Of a DNA stretch of 64,000 bases, positions 1 to 16,579 are shown piece by piece. The stretch comes from Ramazzottius varieornatus (lineage: Eukaryota; Animalia; Tardigrada), in NCBI GenBank assembly GCA_001949185.1, contig BDGG01000015.1:749036-813035 (forward strand), given 5' to 3'. The position numbers and the translations under genes are program-made. Under the pieces are notes generated by a model, which searched no databases, was not told the DNA's origin, and worked only from the letters and a program-made list of their open reading frames with translations. The first letter of the stretch is position 1; the number at the start of each line of letters is the position of its first letter.

Positions 1-1611
1 CGATCGCAGCAAATGAGCGATGCATCTGCGCGGATCCCGACGCTCAGTATCCCACAGACTCCGAAAGAAAACGTAGTGCAAAATGTAGTTCTTCTCGTCG
101 ACCAGCTGAGCTTTCTCACTCCTGTCAGGGTAACATAATACCCATCAAAACCCGTTACAAATAACAAACAATTTTCTTGTTGTTTTCTTACTGGACTTCA
201 GCTGTTGTGTAATCTTTTCTGGTCAGCGCGATGTCAGCTTCCAACCCACTCAACAGCAGCATGGCATCATGGTCCCCCTCTAGCACCTTTCTACCTTCGT
301 TCAAAGCCTTCTCTGCGCTACGAAGATCAGCGAGCTGGACTTGTGCATGTCCCAGGAAGAAGTACACCTGTTGATCCTTCAAGTCTTTCTTCACCTCTTC
401 CAACAGATCCCTTCCTTTCACCACACTTTCGTCACTCGCACTCGCACAAACTAAGGAGACACCTAGGTACTTCTTAGCTAAGACACTCAAAGAGGTCAGT
501 AAAGGTGTAGTATATACAGCCGGAAGGCTTGGTATGCCTTTAGCGTTGGACAGCGCCTTGTCCAAAAGGTCCGCGCTCTTCTCGTAGTTCCTCTCCACGA
601 ACGCCTGAAAAGCTTTACCTATCCGCACCAACGGATGCTGCTTATCTTCTAGAGCTACTTGATCTTGGTAGCTCCAATCCGGTCGGTCTTGGTTGGAAAC
701 TGTACCGGTCTGGAGGGCGCGACACAGGACGGCCATGTATATGACTGACGCGGCAAAGGCCGTGCCGAAGCGATCGCAGTAGTCACGAGCGACACGGACG
801 GCGTCGCTGGTCCGGTCCAGACGAAGAAGGGTGTTGAGGTGTTCTTGTGGGAAATGCTGGTCGAGAGAGGTTTGGTCAAACTCGCTGAGAAGGTCGTGGA
901 ACGTTTTGAGGAGGAGTTCAAGTTGAGAAGGCTCGAGCTCGCGAAGGTCCACCTCGTACTTCTTTGGCAGCATCAAACGGATTAGTTTCTGTCGGGCGTC
1001 AACTCGAGCTTCCTTGAAAGCTTGACCATCGCCGGTGAGGTCGATGAGACGGAGCAGGGCATCTTGAAGTCCTTCGGTCGAGCCTGCAGAAGAGGACTGC
1101 ATATTCGCACTGATCAGCCAAAGCAACGCATGACATAACCAGATTACATGGCAAAGCACGGAATGTACAATGACATAATGCACCACTTCAACGGTGAATA
1201 ACCGAAATTCGGATTTTTACCTTTCAGAATGAGTTGTTGCGTGTATCCGCGTAGCATTTCAATGATTTTGACTTGCAGCTTCTCGTCGTTGCCTATGCTC
1301 TCCAGCATTCTTCGATAGGCTTCCAAAAGCTCGTCGTTAGCCATGACTTCCGGTTGGTACTTGTTGAAGTATGCGATGATGCCTTGCCATCCCGGCATGG
1401 AGTCCGGTTGGCTTTTGACGGCGAAGCGAAAGCACTCAATGGCTTTCTCCGGTTTGTCCAGTTCGATCGCCGTCTTGCCCATCATGACTCGCGCCATGGT
1501 GTTGCCAGAATCTTCTCCGAGGATGCGATCGACGATGTCGTATGCTCGCTGCCATTCGTGCGAGTCGATCAACTCTTTTACTCGCTTCAGCCGCACTTTA
1601 ATCTCTCCCAT
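1..1611 (-). CDS. TTC37: TTC37/SKI3-like TPR protein (SKI complex), multi-exon, 3' part runs off the window start
   Basis: N-terminus MGEIKVRLKRVKELIDSHEWQRAY...NTMARVMMGKTAIELDKPEKAIECFRFAVKSQPDSMPGWQGI resembles the TTC37/Ski3 N-terminal TPRs (ending in a 'WQG' motif); the 188..1186 ORF carries further TPR-like helices; GT-AG intron at about 1086-1220. Confidence 0.8.
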
Positions 1612-1901
1612 GGCTTCAACGGTCGAAAAAGGCCCTGCGCCTGTCCTCCCAACCCTGTGTCGTAAGTTTCCTTGCGAAAACAGGTTTCAAGCTGCCAGCG
1701 AATGTATTCCTGTCAGAAAGTACAGAAGCAGAACATGAACACGAGATCTTTTTGTTTGATTTTCCTGATTTTTCAGGATAATCGAGATAAGCTGTGCCCC
1801 AGCCCCGTCGCCCTCAGGGGATCCAACAGGAGTTAACAGAGCCGTGCAATCCACCCTTGAGATACCAGGACCCTCCCCAGGTGGTGTCCTCTCCGATGTT
1901 T

Positions 1902-1909
1902 CCACGTCA
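1902..1909 (-). promoter_or_regulatory. Candidate UPRE (TGACGTGG, XBP1/ATF6-type) in the TTC37/SEL1L divergent promoter
   Basis: CCACGTCA on + lies about 330 bp upstream of the SEL1L ATG; SEL1L is a known UPR target. The same 8-mer also occurs elsewhere in the window, so it may be chance. Confidence 0.35.
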
Positions 1910-2242
1910 GAAATTTTTTGGTCATTCTGGAATCTGGAAAAGTAAACTCCCGTTTCTGCACTTTTTATTCCCCATTTTCTAGGTACGGAGCCAGATTTAA
2001 CAAGCACTTTTGGTACTTGCATTCAGAGCTACTGGACTGCACTGCGCGGGGAAGCGACGCAGCGACTGCTCATCTGGACAAGTTCTCGGCGCTGAGTGCA
2101 TCGTAACTCACCATCCTCTGAAGCAAGCCATCCCTCGGACAAGAATGATCAGCAGCGCAGTTAGATGGACGTTGTGCTGTAAGTGAGAGCTCTTGGCAGG
2201 AACATCTCGATACTGTTTGGACTAAGAGAAGCGCGATCCATC

Positions 2243-5678
<3,436 letters not shown>

Positions 5679-6253
5679 CACATGCCCAAGCATACCAATT
5701 TCTTTCAGTAGTTGCCAATATTTACGGACTAAGCCGCGCAGCCTTCTTTCCTCCTTGATTTCAGTCGGTATGGTCTTTTGTACTGTATGTGGTTGCCATC
5801 TACCGGTGCGGTGTCACGAGGGAAAAGGCGACCACTTTTTCTGCTTCAAAGACCCAAGCACCAGGCTTCTGGCGCTCCTGCCCTTTCATGGTTATGTTTG
5901 TAGTTTTATTCGCGCCTTCCAATTCTTTAATATAACTAGAGAAAAGATATCAAAATATTGTGGAGAAGGTGTCACCCTGCAAGATAGACGGAAGAGGGAG
6001 TAATGCTTGTTGAGTCAATACTTTTGCAGAAGCTGACAACACCGTACCACCCACTTTGAGTCGCGCATCACATCTTTCTGAAACTGCTTACGCTGAGCAG
6101 ACGTCTTTGAAAGTAGATTTCCTGAGCCTACCTCCTGTTTGTTCTGTAAAGATGGCGGAAAGCTTTGGTGCACAGACCTACCGACGTCATCTCCGCCTAG
6201 AGCATTCGAAAATCCTTTTCCTTAATGCCTTCAACGACCCACATGTTCACTCG

Positions 6254-7399
6254 CGAGTACTTGTCATATAGACTGGGGGGACCCATGGGAATGAGGACTG
6301 CTGAAAGTGGGCCGTATACGGCCCGGACCGCGACTAGCACCTGTATGAGGCTTCGTCAACAGGTACCATCCACTGCTGGACTCCTGCAACGTGACCGTCA
6401 AGCAGTGGGTCTTGATGGCGAAGAGCAGCAGGACGAGATCGACGGGTTGGTGGTGCTCCACGGGACAGACACCATATGGCCTACACAGCTTCGGCACTGT
6501 CTCCAGCATCTTGGCAAGCCGGTGGTGTTGACCGCTTTTCAGATTTTCCATCTTTGAACCGTGCAGTGACGGGCAGGATAACTTTATTAGGGTCTTGGTC
6601 AGAGCTGGGTCCTATGACGTACCGGATGTCATCATGTATTTTGACCGGATTTATTTTGCTGCGAGGGAACAGATGGACAAAAGAGGATAATAACTCATTT
6701 CATGCCTTCGAGACGCCGAGCCGCTTGCGCAATTGTCGGTATCCACATTACAGTAATTTCCAAAATCAGTAGGATTCACAAGAAAGCTTTTTCTGGATGT
6801 TTTTTGTCGTTGCCTTCAGCGTAGAAAAACGTTGGAAGCGTAGAAATGCTGACTTGACCAGTTCGCCGCGTGACACGAATCAGTCGACATCATAACATTG
6901 TGAAAAATTAGAGTGCGCACTGAATTACTTCGGCAGGTTAACTGGTATACGTGTACGGTGATTACCTTTCTTCCAGGTTGATCAAGACCTGGTTTTCCAC
7001 GATCCAACTGGAAAGGTATCTCCTGTGGATATCCGACCATCGAAGCGGTGACCATTCGTGCCACGTTGCAGCCGCCCCTACTGCCGACATTCGGAGGCGG
7101 CAACGGTCTTGAAAAACGAACGGATGTCATGGAGGCTTCGAGAGAAGCAGCGGGCCGCTAAGTTAAGTGCTCATTGTCAACATTATCGGCTGATGCAGCC
7201 AGGGCACAGTGGCCGAGTCCTACGAATCAGGCAAAGGCCTTGCAAACATCGGTGTCATTCATGGACACGACATGACACGCGAACCTTGGACAGGCTAAGA
7301 TCGGTTACGTTTTGGAAGGAGGAAGGAGGAACAACGAGCCATATGCTGCTGGAGAACCTTCGGGGCGAACTGACAATGGACAACAGCCAGAAGCACTGA
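6254..7399 (+). pseudogene. Decayed type I L-asparaginase (60 kDa lysophospholipase-like)
   Basis: Collinear motifs across changing frames: RVLVI*TGGT/MGM (canonical RVLVIYTGGTIGM), DGLVVLHGTDT/MAYTASALS, LGKPVVLT, LLRGNRWTKEDNNSFHAFETP, MLLENLRGELT; premature stop, frameshifts and deletions. Confidence 0.85.
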
Positions 7400-7772
7400 C
7401 GCAAGTACTGCCTTCATTACCGAGAGACAGGTCGTTACCGACACCATTGCACCTCTGAAGAAAGCATCACTACCTTGAATTGTCGAAACAGTTCAGTCCA
7501 ATTAATTTTCTAAAGCTCCCCTGATTGTACCGCACATGATTTTTTTCAGAGTTTCAGCAAATTTATCCCGCATTGCTACACGTCAACCATCCACCATCGC
7601 GTATCACAGTATGTAAAAGTATAAAGGTCACACAAAGTCCAAATGGTTCTTCTGGAATATATTATGTTTATTGCATGATACAAATTTTCAACCTCCGAAA
7701 AAGATTACAAAAAAAGGTCGGACAGATCCATGAAGTGGGTTTGCAGCAAGCGGCATTAGTTCTTGGTGAGCG

Positions 7773-10700
7773 TCAGCAGTTTTCCAGCTTCTCCAGGATG
7801 GGCTCGGTAGCCCGTCTGTTTTGCCTGCCGTAGCTGATCTGATAGAGGACCTGATCGGAAGTGACAGACAAGAGGCGGCTCATGGCCACGGACTGACCGT
7901 TCGCTTCCGAGGCCATGAAGCTACCGTTGCGTCGTGGGTCGCTGCCGACGGTGCCGTCGCGGATGCGGCGGATGGTGCTGTCAACCGACATGCGGGACAG
8001 CGCCGTCCGCAAGGTGGAACTGCGGCGCCGCAGCCAATCAATGTCAGTGGGGACCATCCAGCCGGCCTTGACGCACAAGCAGCAACAACAGCTGCGCAGC
8101 ACCCGCCGGTATTGCTCGCGGAAGCGATCACTCATGATGTAGATGAAGGGGTTGATGCATGAGTTCAGGAAGCCCAACATGTTGATTGTCAGCATTGTGA
8201 AAAACTAGGAGATAAAGGCCGAACATCTTTATAGTGTGGCCTTGTGGAATTAATGGATATATGCGCAATGTTCAGTCTGGGGAGGACAATTCGATACGGC
8301 AGTTTTCTTTACAAGAGGGGGTAATAACTTGATCACTTACAAATTGTCCCTGTGGGAAATAGTTGTAAATGTATTCTACCACCACCGTCACAAAAAAATA
8401 CGGCGACCAACACACTGCAAAAACACTGAATGGTTAAAAAACTGGTCACGATCGCTCTTCTGTTCCGTAAGTGCAGACTTACCAGCGAAGCCAAATGAGA
8501 CGATGATCATCATTGTGGCCACCTAGGGTAAGAAACACGTCAAAGAGAGGAGTGCCTAGGGCCAAGGTCATGGTATTTTATTTTTCAGGGCCCATGTTGG
8601 GGAGAAGTGAGTACACGCAGAACGAGAAACAATGGTACAGTAAATATTATGGGACAGGCTTTTTCGCTACGGCGGTACGGGAGCACGTACCTACGCGACC
8701 GATTTACAGTACTACATTTTTCTACACTTTTCTACGGTCGAATTTCCATCTTGCTGTCCTTTCCGCCTGTACCATAATTTTTACTGTACCACAATATCTC
8801 GTCCTGCGTGTACTGTGATGACCTGCTGAAGAAGGCTGAAGCCTCCATCTTGGGTATCAGTACCTTTCTACGGTTCTCAGCCTGACGTTGAGTGGCCAAA
8901 TCGCATTCTCGCGATATCAGTCCGCCAGTTTTGATCAGCGTCTTGACGATGAGGATGCTGGTGACGATGATGATCAGCATGGGAATGCAGTATAAGGCGA
9001 AAAAGAGAAAGAGGAAGTAGCCCTGCAACAACAAATCGTAGAAAAATGCCAGTCTGACTTTGGGAGTCGTTCTCCTGACTTGGCAGCATAGTTAAATTCG
9101 ATGAGCGTCGCACAACTAGTGAAAACGGTTTAAACTGATTCTCTCGAAAGTCTTTTTGATTGTTCTCATCAAAGTTGGGTTTTTTTCCCACCTATGCGAT
9201 TTATTACTAATTTGCAAGTTGACGGACTGACCTTGCGAAAATGTGGATGGACGGCGTCGTATTCATCATAGACGCAAATACTGACATCAAGATGGCCGTG
9301 GGGGCTGCTGAGGGTATAGGCCACATGAGTACTGCCGATCAGTGTCGGTCCGCCTGTCAAAGAAACCTTATTACCCATCCCAGCCTGTGCCCTTTTCTCC
9401 TCGGACAAGTCAAAGTCAACCGGCCATCAAAAGAGAACGTCTTGGCACTCACTTAATAAAGCAGCGACGATCCACGTCAGAGCGATGTACAGCTTGGTCC
9501 GGAAGCGTTTACTGAAACGCCGCGACTCCAACGGGTAGACGATAGCAAAGAACCTGAAGGAAAGAAGCCAAAGGTCAATGGTCGCAGACTACGTAAAGAG
9601 AAGTGAGCGTAAATCTCCATTATCGGATGGGTGTACAAGGAATGTTTGTCAACAAGAGCCTACGCCGTTATGTGGGGACGGATCTGGAAGAGTCAAAGGA
9701 GAATGGCGATACTGTGGCTTAATGCTTCTTCCAGCGGGCGGATGCCTTCCATCGCCAACCAGGGACATTAACATAATTTGGCGTTACATTATGCTAATGG
9801 ATGCCAGACATGTCACAGCAAGCTGCCTTTTATCGCTCCATTAAAACCAGCTACCGTGGAGGGTTTTAGTGGCCAACCTGGTGCGAAAAAACTGGATTCT
9901 GTACAGTAGGTTTATCTTGCAATCATTTTCTTCGGTAAATCACTTCGATCTCATGTCAGAACTTTCATGAAAATTGTGTCGGATGACGGCAAACGAAGCG
10001 TGTAAGATCGTTTCTCCCCAGTGGCGCACGTTTTTTCCCGGTGATAACAGAAAAGTGCGCCCCGTGGAAAAGACAGAACTGGACAGGATGGATTTTCCAG
10101 AGGCGCAGACTTCTGGCTAATAACAAGGCAAACGTGCGTCACTTGAGATAGCGATACACTCTAAGTTCTGTTCTGCCGACCTGGCAATTAAAATTTTGAT
10201 TCCGAAGTTTTTTTCGCCACACAAAAGCTTAAGTGATGTCATCGCGGAATAACGTCATAAAGTCTGATCTTTCTGTGGTCGAACTGCCCATGTCCGGTTG
10301 TACAGCCTCGATAGAGCGTTCTGGCGGGAAAAAACCACTCAACCGAACTTTAAAGGATTGATCGATAAAACTTATTGAGAGCGTAGTAGGATATTGACGA
10401 CAGTTTCTCGAAGCTGAATGGAAGGGAAATCTCCAGCAAGACCGCCATTATTTTTGTGCGATTGAGAGGAAACGGAACTACGGAATGTACTTGCGTGTGG
10501 CCCTAACTTGAACTATGATTTGAAAGCATCCCACTACGCTTCCTTCCGACGTTGAAAGCACTGGTACGCGCCGATAGTGGCGCAAGACCCACTGCCGCCA
10601 ATTTGGCTGCGCACGGTGACATTTACCTACCTTTCCATCGAGATGACCAGCAAAGTCAGGATGGTGGAGAAAATGGCCACCGATGTGGCAAACGTCAAGG

Positions 10701-13700
10701 CAGTACATAAAGCATTGTTCAGCAACCTATAACGGGAAAAAAAGATTTAGAAAAAGAAAGTTGCATGTTTTTCCGGAGCTCTACAACGAGTAATAAGAGA
10801 AATCAGGGAGCTGCGACCTACTCAGATGGTTTCGCTGGCCGACAGGACCGTCTCTTCAAAGCGGCGCACACTTCCAGCCAGTTACACCGAGAACGTGCGC
10901 CACTTGAGGACACTATCATATCGAGCTCGTTTACCAAGCTTTTAATTGGATCAATTTTTTTCGCCTGACTGAACGCAAACGCTAACCGTTAAGGATACTA
11001 TACAATGCACGCCCGGAGAATCAGCACCAAGTATTGTGCAATGGCGGGCTTGTTCAGTCGAGTGGACAAAAGGGCAAGGTTTTGCGAGCGAAGAGGAAAA
11101 TGGTTGTTCTTCTTCGGTACATATGCTGTCTTTTTACGGTCGATAAAGCCCGGTAATGAGGTTACCAGTAAACGGGGTAAACTGCGCCACGGTACACAAA
11201 GGATCATTGCTCCATCAGCAGTCAACGTCAGAGAACCCAGCTTCCCATTCGCGTTAACTGCTGCCGGCTGGCGGCAGCCATCTTGTTAATGAGGCAACTT
11301 ATCTATCATCACGTCTAGGCCAGAGGAAGCTACAAGAATCGCGACGGACGAGCTCTGAGCGTGAATTTGAACAGGCCTGTTTTTGACTGTCAAGCCATGT
11401 TTACCCTCAATTTTTATTGTCGACCTTCTTGATTGAGGAAGCCATGTTGGTAGATTGCGTGTCAAAGCGCGAAGTATCAAAACGATACATGACAGGGTTT
11501 CCCGACCACCAACTCGGTCAATTTACACACACGCTCCCTAATTTTCATCCACTAGCATGCAGATGCTTCTACGAAATTGCTGTCATTATAGTGTTCCCAA
11601 ACTGGGCTTTAATAAAAAATTTAGAGTCAAAAATAGAAAATGATTTTTTGAAATTGGGGGAAAACCGAAAGCTGGTTAGAATTTGCGGAAAAACTTACGA
11701 AAAATTAGCCGAAAAATATGAAGAAATTTCGGATTATTTCTAGAACAACAAGCTCGCAGACTGAGTTTGGAATTACATGTCGAATATTCTACGGACTATT
11801 GAAGCCATGTCGACACCTAGTGTGACAGAGCTCGATCGCGGTAAGGAATGGGGTATGACGGACTTGTTTTGACGGAACGCCGTATCATCGTCAGATTACA
11901 TGTTGCGAATATTTGATGGACGAGATGGACATTGTAACCGTCAGGGTTTTACATCACGGAAGACCCTGCTTCTGGCTGGCAACGGTACGATATGTGTAAT
12001 TTGATACTCACTGGAGATGAGCCGGCGCCAAGAGTTCCAGTAGTTTCATGGGTGCCACAAAAGCCCCCACCAACAGATCCGACACTACAAAAGGAGAAGA
12101 GTACAGTATAACGTAACAGTCAATGAGGGATCACTTTGCCTGCTCCTCTCTTCAAACTGTCATCTCGTTTTCCGGCCACCATAAAAGAAGTCTATCAAAG
12201 ACAACCGGAAAAAAATTCAAAGGACCCACCGCAATTACACCCAGCGTATCTTTCACAACGCGCTTCAGAAACGCTTGATTACTTTTGCGTCGCTTAACCT
12301 TAACTCGTCATGCTTTAATCTTCAAGTGTCATACAGAGGGATTACATAAAGGCAAGGACGGAAGAGCTGGATATGTGGAGAGGCGCGATCTCCTGTATTG
12401 AGATAAGTCTTGGCAGCAAAGAGGGGACCCCTCGATTAAAGACCATCAATGGCTTCTGACCGAGCCGTAATAAGCTCATCTTCTTTGCCAGACGCATATT
12501 GTCCCCGTAATCACAAAGTCCCTCGTTTGGCGATCTTGGGCTGTCTATTATTCATCTGTCGAGTCGAGAGTCGAGACGTTCTCTTGCCGTCGATCAATAA
12601 TTAAACAACCATCATCAACAGACTGCGCTTCAACATGTCAACATGGCCCAGTGCCGCCATTTATCATAACGCCTCATTTGACTATCCCGTCACTGGCAAT
12701 TTCTCCCATTAGACCATCCTCCACACTTATCACTATTGCCCGAATCAACATTAATTTTGTCTCCGTTACGCCGATTACAACTTTGACATGTCTTCCTTTT
12801 TCTCTTATTACACATCACACGATCGTGTCACTTTATAATCGGATCAAAGTTTTTGCTGTCCGTACTCTGGAACCGTAAAACTGTTTCCTGATGGAAGGTG
12901 GCCAAATGAATTCGGCCAGATCGTTCTTTCAACTGACGAAGGCTCACAGTCAATAACACTGAATTGCGCACCACTTGGCCAAACGATTGAAAAATACAGT
13001 AGGTTTCAAGACAGTAGGTACGCAATACAGTAGGTTTTCCAAGTGGCGCACGTTTCCATCCAATAACACCGAAAGGCTGCGCCAATTGAGACAGAAATGT
13101 GGTTCAGCTCACTTGGCCAGCTCCCGACGTAAGATCGACCTCGAAAAAAGTTCGAGAGCAACATGAATTCGTCTCGAGATCTAATATCCGGTCTAGCCTC
13201 TCGGAAAACTTGGGCAAGCTCTCTTTAGTGTTTCCACGAAGAAAGACCCAGCTCCTCAGGAGCTGTCATCCAAGTCTCGAGGTCAAAAGGAAATTCAGTG
13301 TCGATGACGGAAATACGATAATCAGCTCTTCCGCTTTTCTGATGAATTACGATTCAGTAGAGTCCGGAAAACGTCATTACGCAAACGCTTAGCCTGCGGG
13401 GACCTCTTCTCTTCCTCATCTAACAAAATCAAGGGCACAGTGGCTTTAATACCTACCTGCCAAATTGCAGATGAGATAGTTGACCGAGCTGTGCATCTTC
13501 TTCTGTCCGGCCACGGTATAGACCACCAAGGAGTTGCCACAGACCGTCAGGAAGATGATGGTGATGTAGACGACGACAAAGGTCAAGCGGACGGCGGGTA
13601 TTTGGGCATAGTCGGGATAATCCTCCAGCGTTACATTCTCGCTGATGGCCATATTAATCGCAGCCTGCAGACTAAAATTTGCCCCCAAGTCAAGGACGCT

Positions 13701-13847
13701 GACGTCTTGTTGGACAAGCTGACTTTTACAGCCGGCGGCATCGAGTTGGAGAGAGCGAGTGGCACTGCTGTTGGCGCACTCCACTCTGACATTTGAAGGC
13801 ACCTTATCCCTATCATCAAAGTTGGTACAATTTGATAGCTCCATCAT
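7773..13847 (-). CDS. Rhodopsin-family (class A) neuropeptide-type GPCR, about 9 coding exons
   Basis: Assembled TMs: TVCGNSLVVY...VNYLICNLA (13.4-13.6 kb), SDLLVGAFVAPMKLL (~12.05 kb), TILTLLVISMER|FFAIVYPL (10.63/9.55 kb), FFALYCIPMLII (~9.0 kb), VATMMIIVSFGFAVCWSPYF (8.3-8.5 kb), FLNSCINPFIYIMSDRFR, Cys cluster and Ser/Arg-rich tail. Confidence 0.9.
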
Positions 13848-15784
13848 TCGATCACCACGCGGGAGGTCCTCTTCTCTGCCTTGACAGCCAAAACTCTCCG
13901 TCGAATGTACGCTCAGGAATCACAAGTATGCCCTGTCCATCATCACAACATTATCGATAAATATACACCATACAGACTTCCTCATCCAGAAAAACCCACA
14001 AATTCCACAGAGGCAAACGATGCGCTCATTGCATTTCGTCGGTGAAAACATGTCCCCCACAAACAGTCAGATGGAAAAAGGACACAATCATCAAGCAATG
14101 ATTTTATAATAGTTTGTTCCCCCTCATGATCATGCAGAGAAGAAGCGGACAAATATGCATTCCGTGATGCAGTCGATGCCGACAATCAAATATTTAATAG
14201 CGCTCTTCGTTGTATTGTGCCGAACTGTGACTGCCAATATGATGGCTCGTCAACAATAGAGATGGGCAAAATAATGACGGATATTCGCTGAGCGTATCGT
14301 CCAACGGCAAACTTTATGGTGGCGTTCACGTTCTGCCTCATTCTCCGGGTAGAATATCAAGTGTGTCTACAGAAACACTGACGGAACGAAGGCCAAGGGA
14401 ATTAATCATTTAAGCTGAACGTCTTCCCTATCTTGAGCAAGCATTCAAGCAGAGATATCCCGACGACAGTATCCAAGATCTCCTTCGACAGTCAGACAAC
14501 AATTGCACATTGGCCCATCTGCCACGCTAACCAGCGTAACTGGCCTCTTTTCCTGATTGCGCTTGGTTACACTAGCCCCACCATACCACCGATATCGATG
14601 TAGGACTTTACCATGCCAAGATATTCAGGGATAACGATGCTACTCCGTCCATATCCGGGCAAGTGTAGCTTCTCGAACCTCGTGTGGGGATCCCATCGAA
14701 GACTTTATTCGTTCTTTCAAGCACAAAGATTCAACAAGGCCATAAGCATCCCTGATTATTGACTTGAGCAAACACGACGAGCCTCGAGGACCCAACGTCA
14801 ACAGGCAATCAGAATTCATCTGCATTCAAAGTCTACAGGAAAATTGGGGAAATATGTTACACGGTGCACGCACCATTCGAGTAATGATGCAGGAAAAGGT
14901 CAGGCTTGTTCTTGCCCAAAGGCGTGTTTCCTGTTTGTCAGATAGTTGCTCAAATCTATGTCGCTATTGAAAGAAATGGAGGAGCCGTGGTGATGTCGGC
15001 TGTCAGTTTGTGCAACGCCTGTCATGTAATGAGGAGACCCTGGTAAGTTCTCTGTTGAGAGGTTTGGAAGGTCGAGTGTGATGGTCGGAAGGTTGGTTCT
15101 TGGGAGGTGGAGGAAGCAAGAAAGCGGGTGGGCGCCAGTATAGGAAAAAGCATGGCGATAATTAGCCACCATCGCCGCTCTAATGTCCTCCATAAATCTG
15201 GCAGTTAGTAGTACTTTGCGCACCCCAAAGATACGCCGATATCGAGAGGCCTGTCACAACACCATCAGCCCTAACTGCAGTTTAAACGGCGGCGGCCTCC
15301 TCCATCCAAGCCATCTCGTTAACTGCATGCCGGCCTTTCTACTGTACCGATGATCCAACGGCGGCAAGAAAACGCATATACACACGTTCATCATCGTACA
15401 ATTACATCTTGGCTTCTTCTTCATCAAAACAGCTGACACACAATTATCTACAGACAAACGATTAAAAGAGATTTGTCAAAAAGTGACACACGCAAAAGGA
15501 AAGGTGGTAATGGAAGTGTCTAGACGATAAGAGGGAAGCTTGACAAACAAACTTGACAAGATTGCTCTCCCAATTGGCGCACCCGTCCAGCAAGTAACGC
15601 TGGAGACGTGCGCCACTTAGAACAACGGTCACGTGGAGTTTTATTACTGTAGTTTCCATATTGGCGCAAGTTTCAGTGTCATTAGCAATAGGCGTGCGCC
15701 ACTTGGGAAAAACGATCTTATAGAGTTGTCTGCCTAGGTCTGAAAAACATAAAACATGCGGACTAGGGTTTCTAGAAGGGTAAT

Positions 15785-16093
15785 TTAGTAGTAAAGTAGA
15801 CGAGAGGAAGTTTGTGGGCTGGGTTGCAGCTGGTAGTAGCCCATCGTGGGACTGTAGTAGGTGGCACTGGCGGGATAGGAAGACAAGGAAGTGAGCGGGG
15901 CGGAGTACCGTCCGGAGTCTACGGGGATAGCATATGGGTTACTGTAGGAAGAGGAAGACACGACATAGGGTTGACTGTAGTACGTCGGCTGGCCGCGAGA
16001 TGTCAAAGAAACATCAACAATCGTGGCGGACTCAACAACCGCGATCAACACCACAGCCACGAGGACAGAGAAACATGCAGATGAACGTTCCAT
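15785..16093 (-). CDS. Small secreted Tyr/Ser/Pro-rich protein (~102 aa), possibly cuticular
   Basis: MERSSACFSVLVAVVLIAVVESA signal peptide, then low-complexity YYSQPY/SSYSNPY/YYSPTMGYY; single exon. Confidence 0.6.
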   Translation of the reverse strand: MERSSACFSVLVAVVLIAVVESATIVDVSLTSRGQPTYYSQPYVVSSSSYSNPYAIPVDSGRYSAPLTSLSSYPASATYYSPTMGYYQLQPSPQTSSRLLYY

Positions 16094-16579
16094 GGTTAGT
16101 TTAGAAAAACTAGAAAAATATTCAACACTGAACAAAAAAGACGGACGATACAATTTCTCAGAACGAAAGTATTCTGAGATTCAAGGAGAACTCGATAAAG
16201 GTGCCCTTGAGACCTTGTCGGGACTTTTATAGCTGGCGACCTGCAAGGGACCTTGAAAGTTGACGGAAGTATGACGGTAGAGCCAAGAAGCTGCCCAAGA
16301 TGGACAGGAATCGAGGGCGAAACGTCAAAGTCAGGCTGAACTTGAGCCTTGAATAAGCCATCCATGGAAGAAAGTAGCTGAGGAAAGCACAAAATAGCAG
16401 ATTATCACGATAAGCTGTTGGATGCAAACAAACTTGAGAACTTTCACGCTCGAGTGGATGTCCTACAGCGCGATGAGTTCTTCGGCTGCTTACGTAAGTT
16501 TGATATTAGATCTCAAGGACTCACGAAACTCCAAGTGATGAATGGTTCTTTGAGTAAACTGATAAAAGCAGAACTTACA

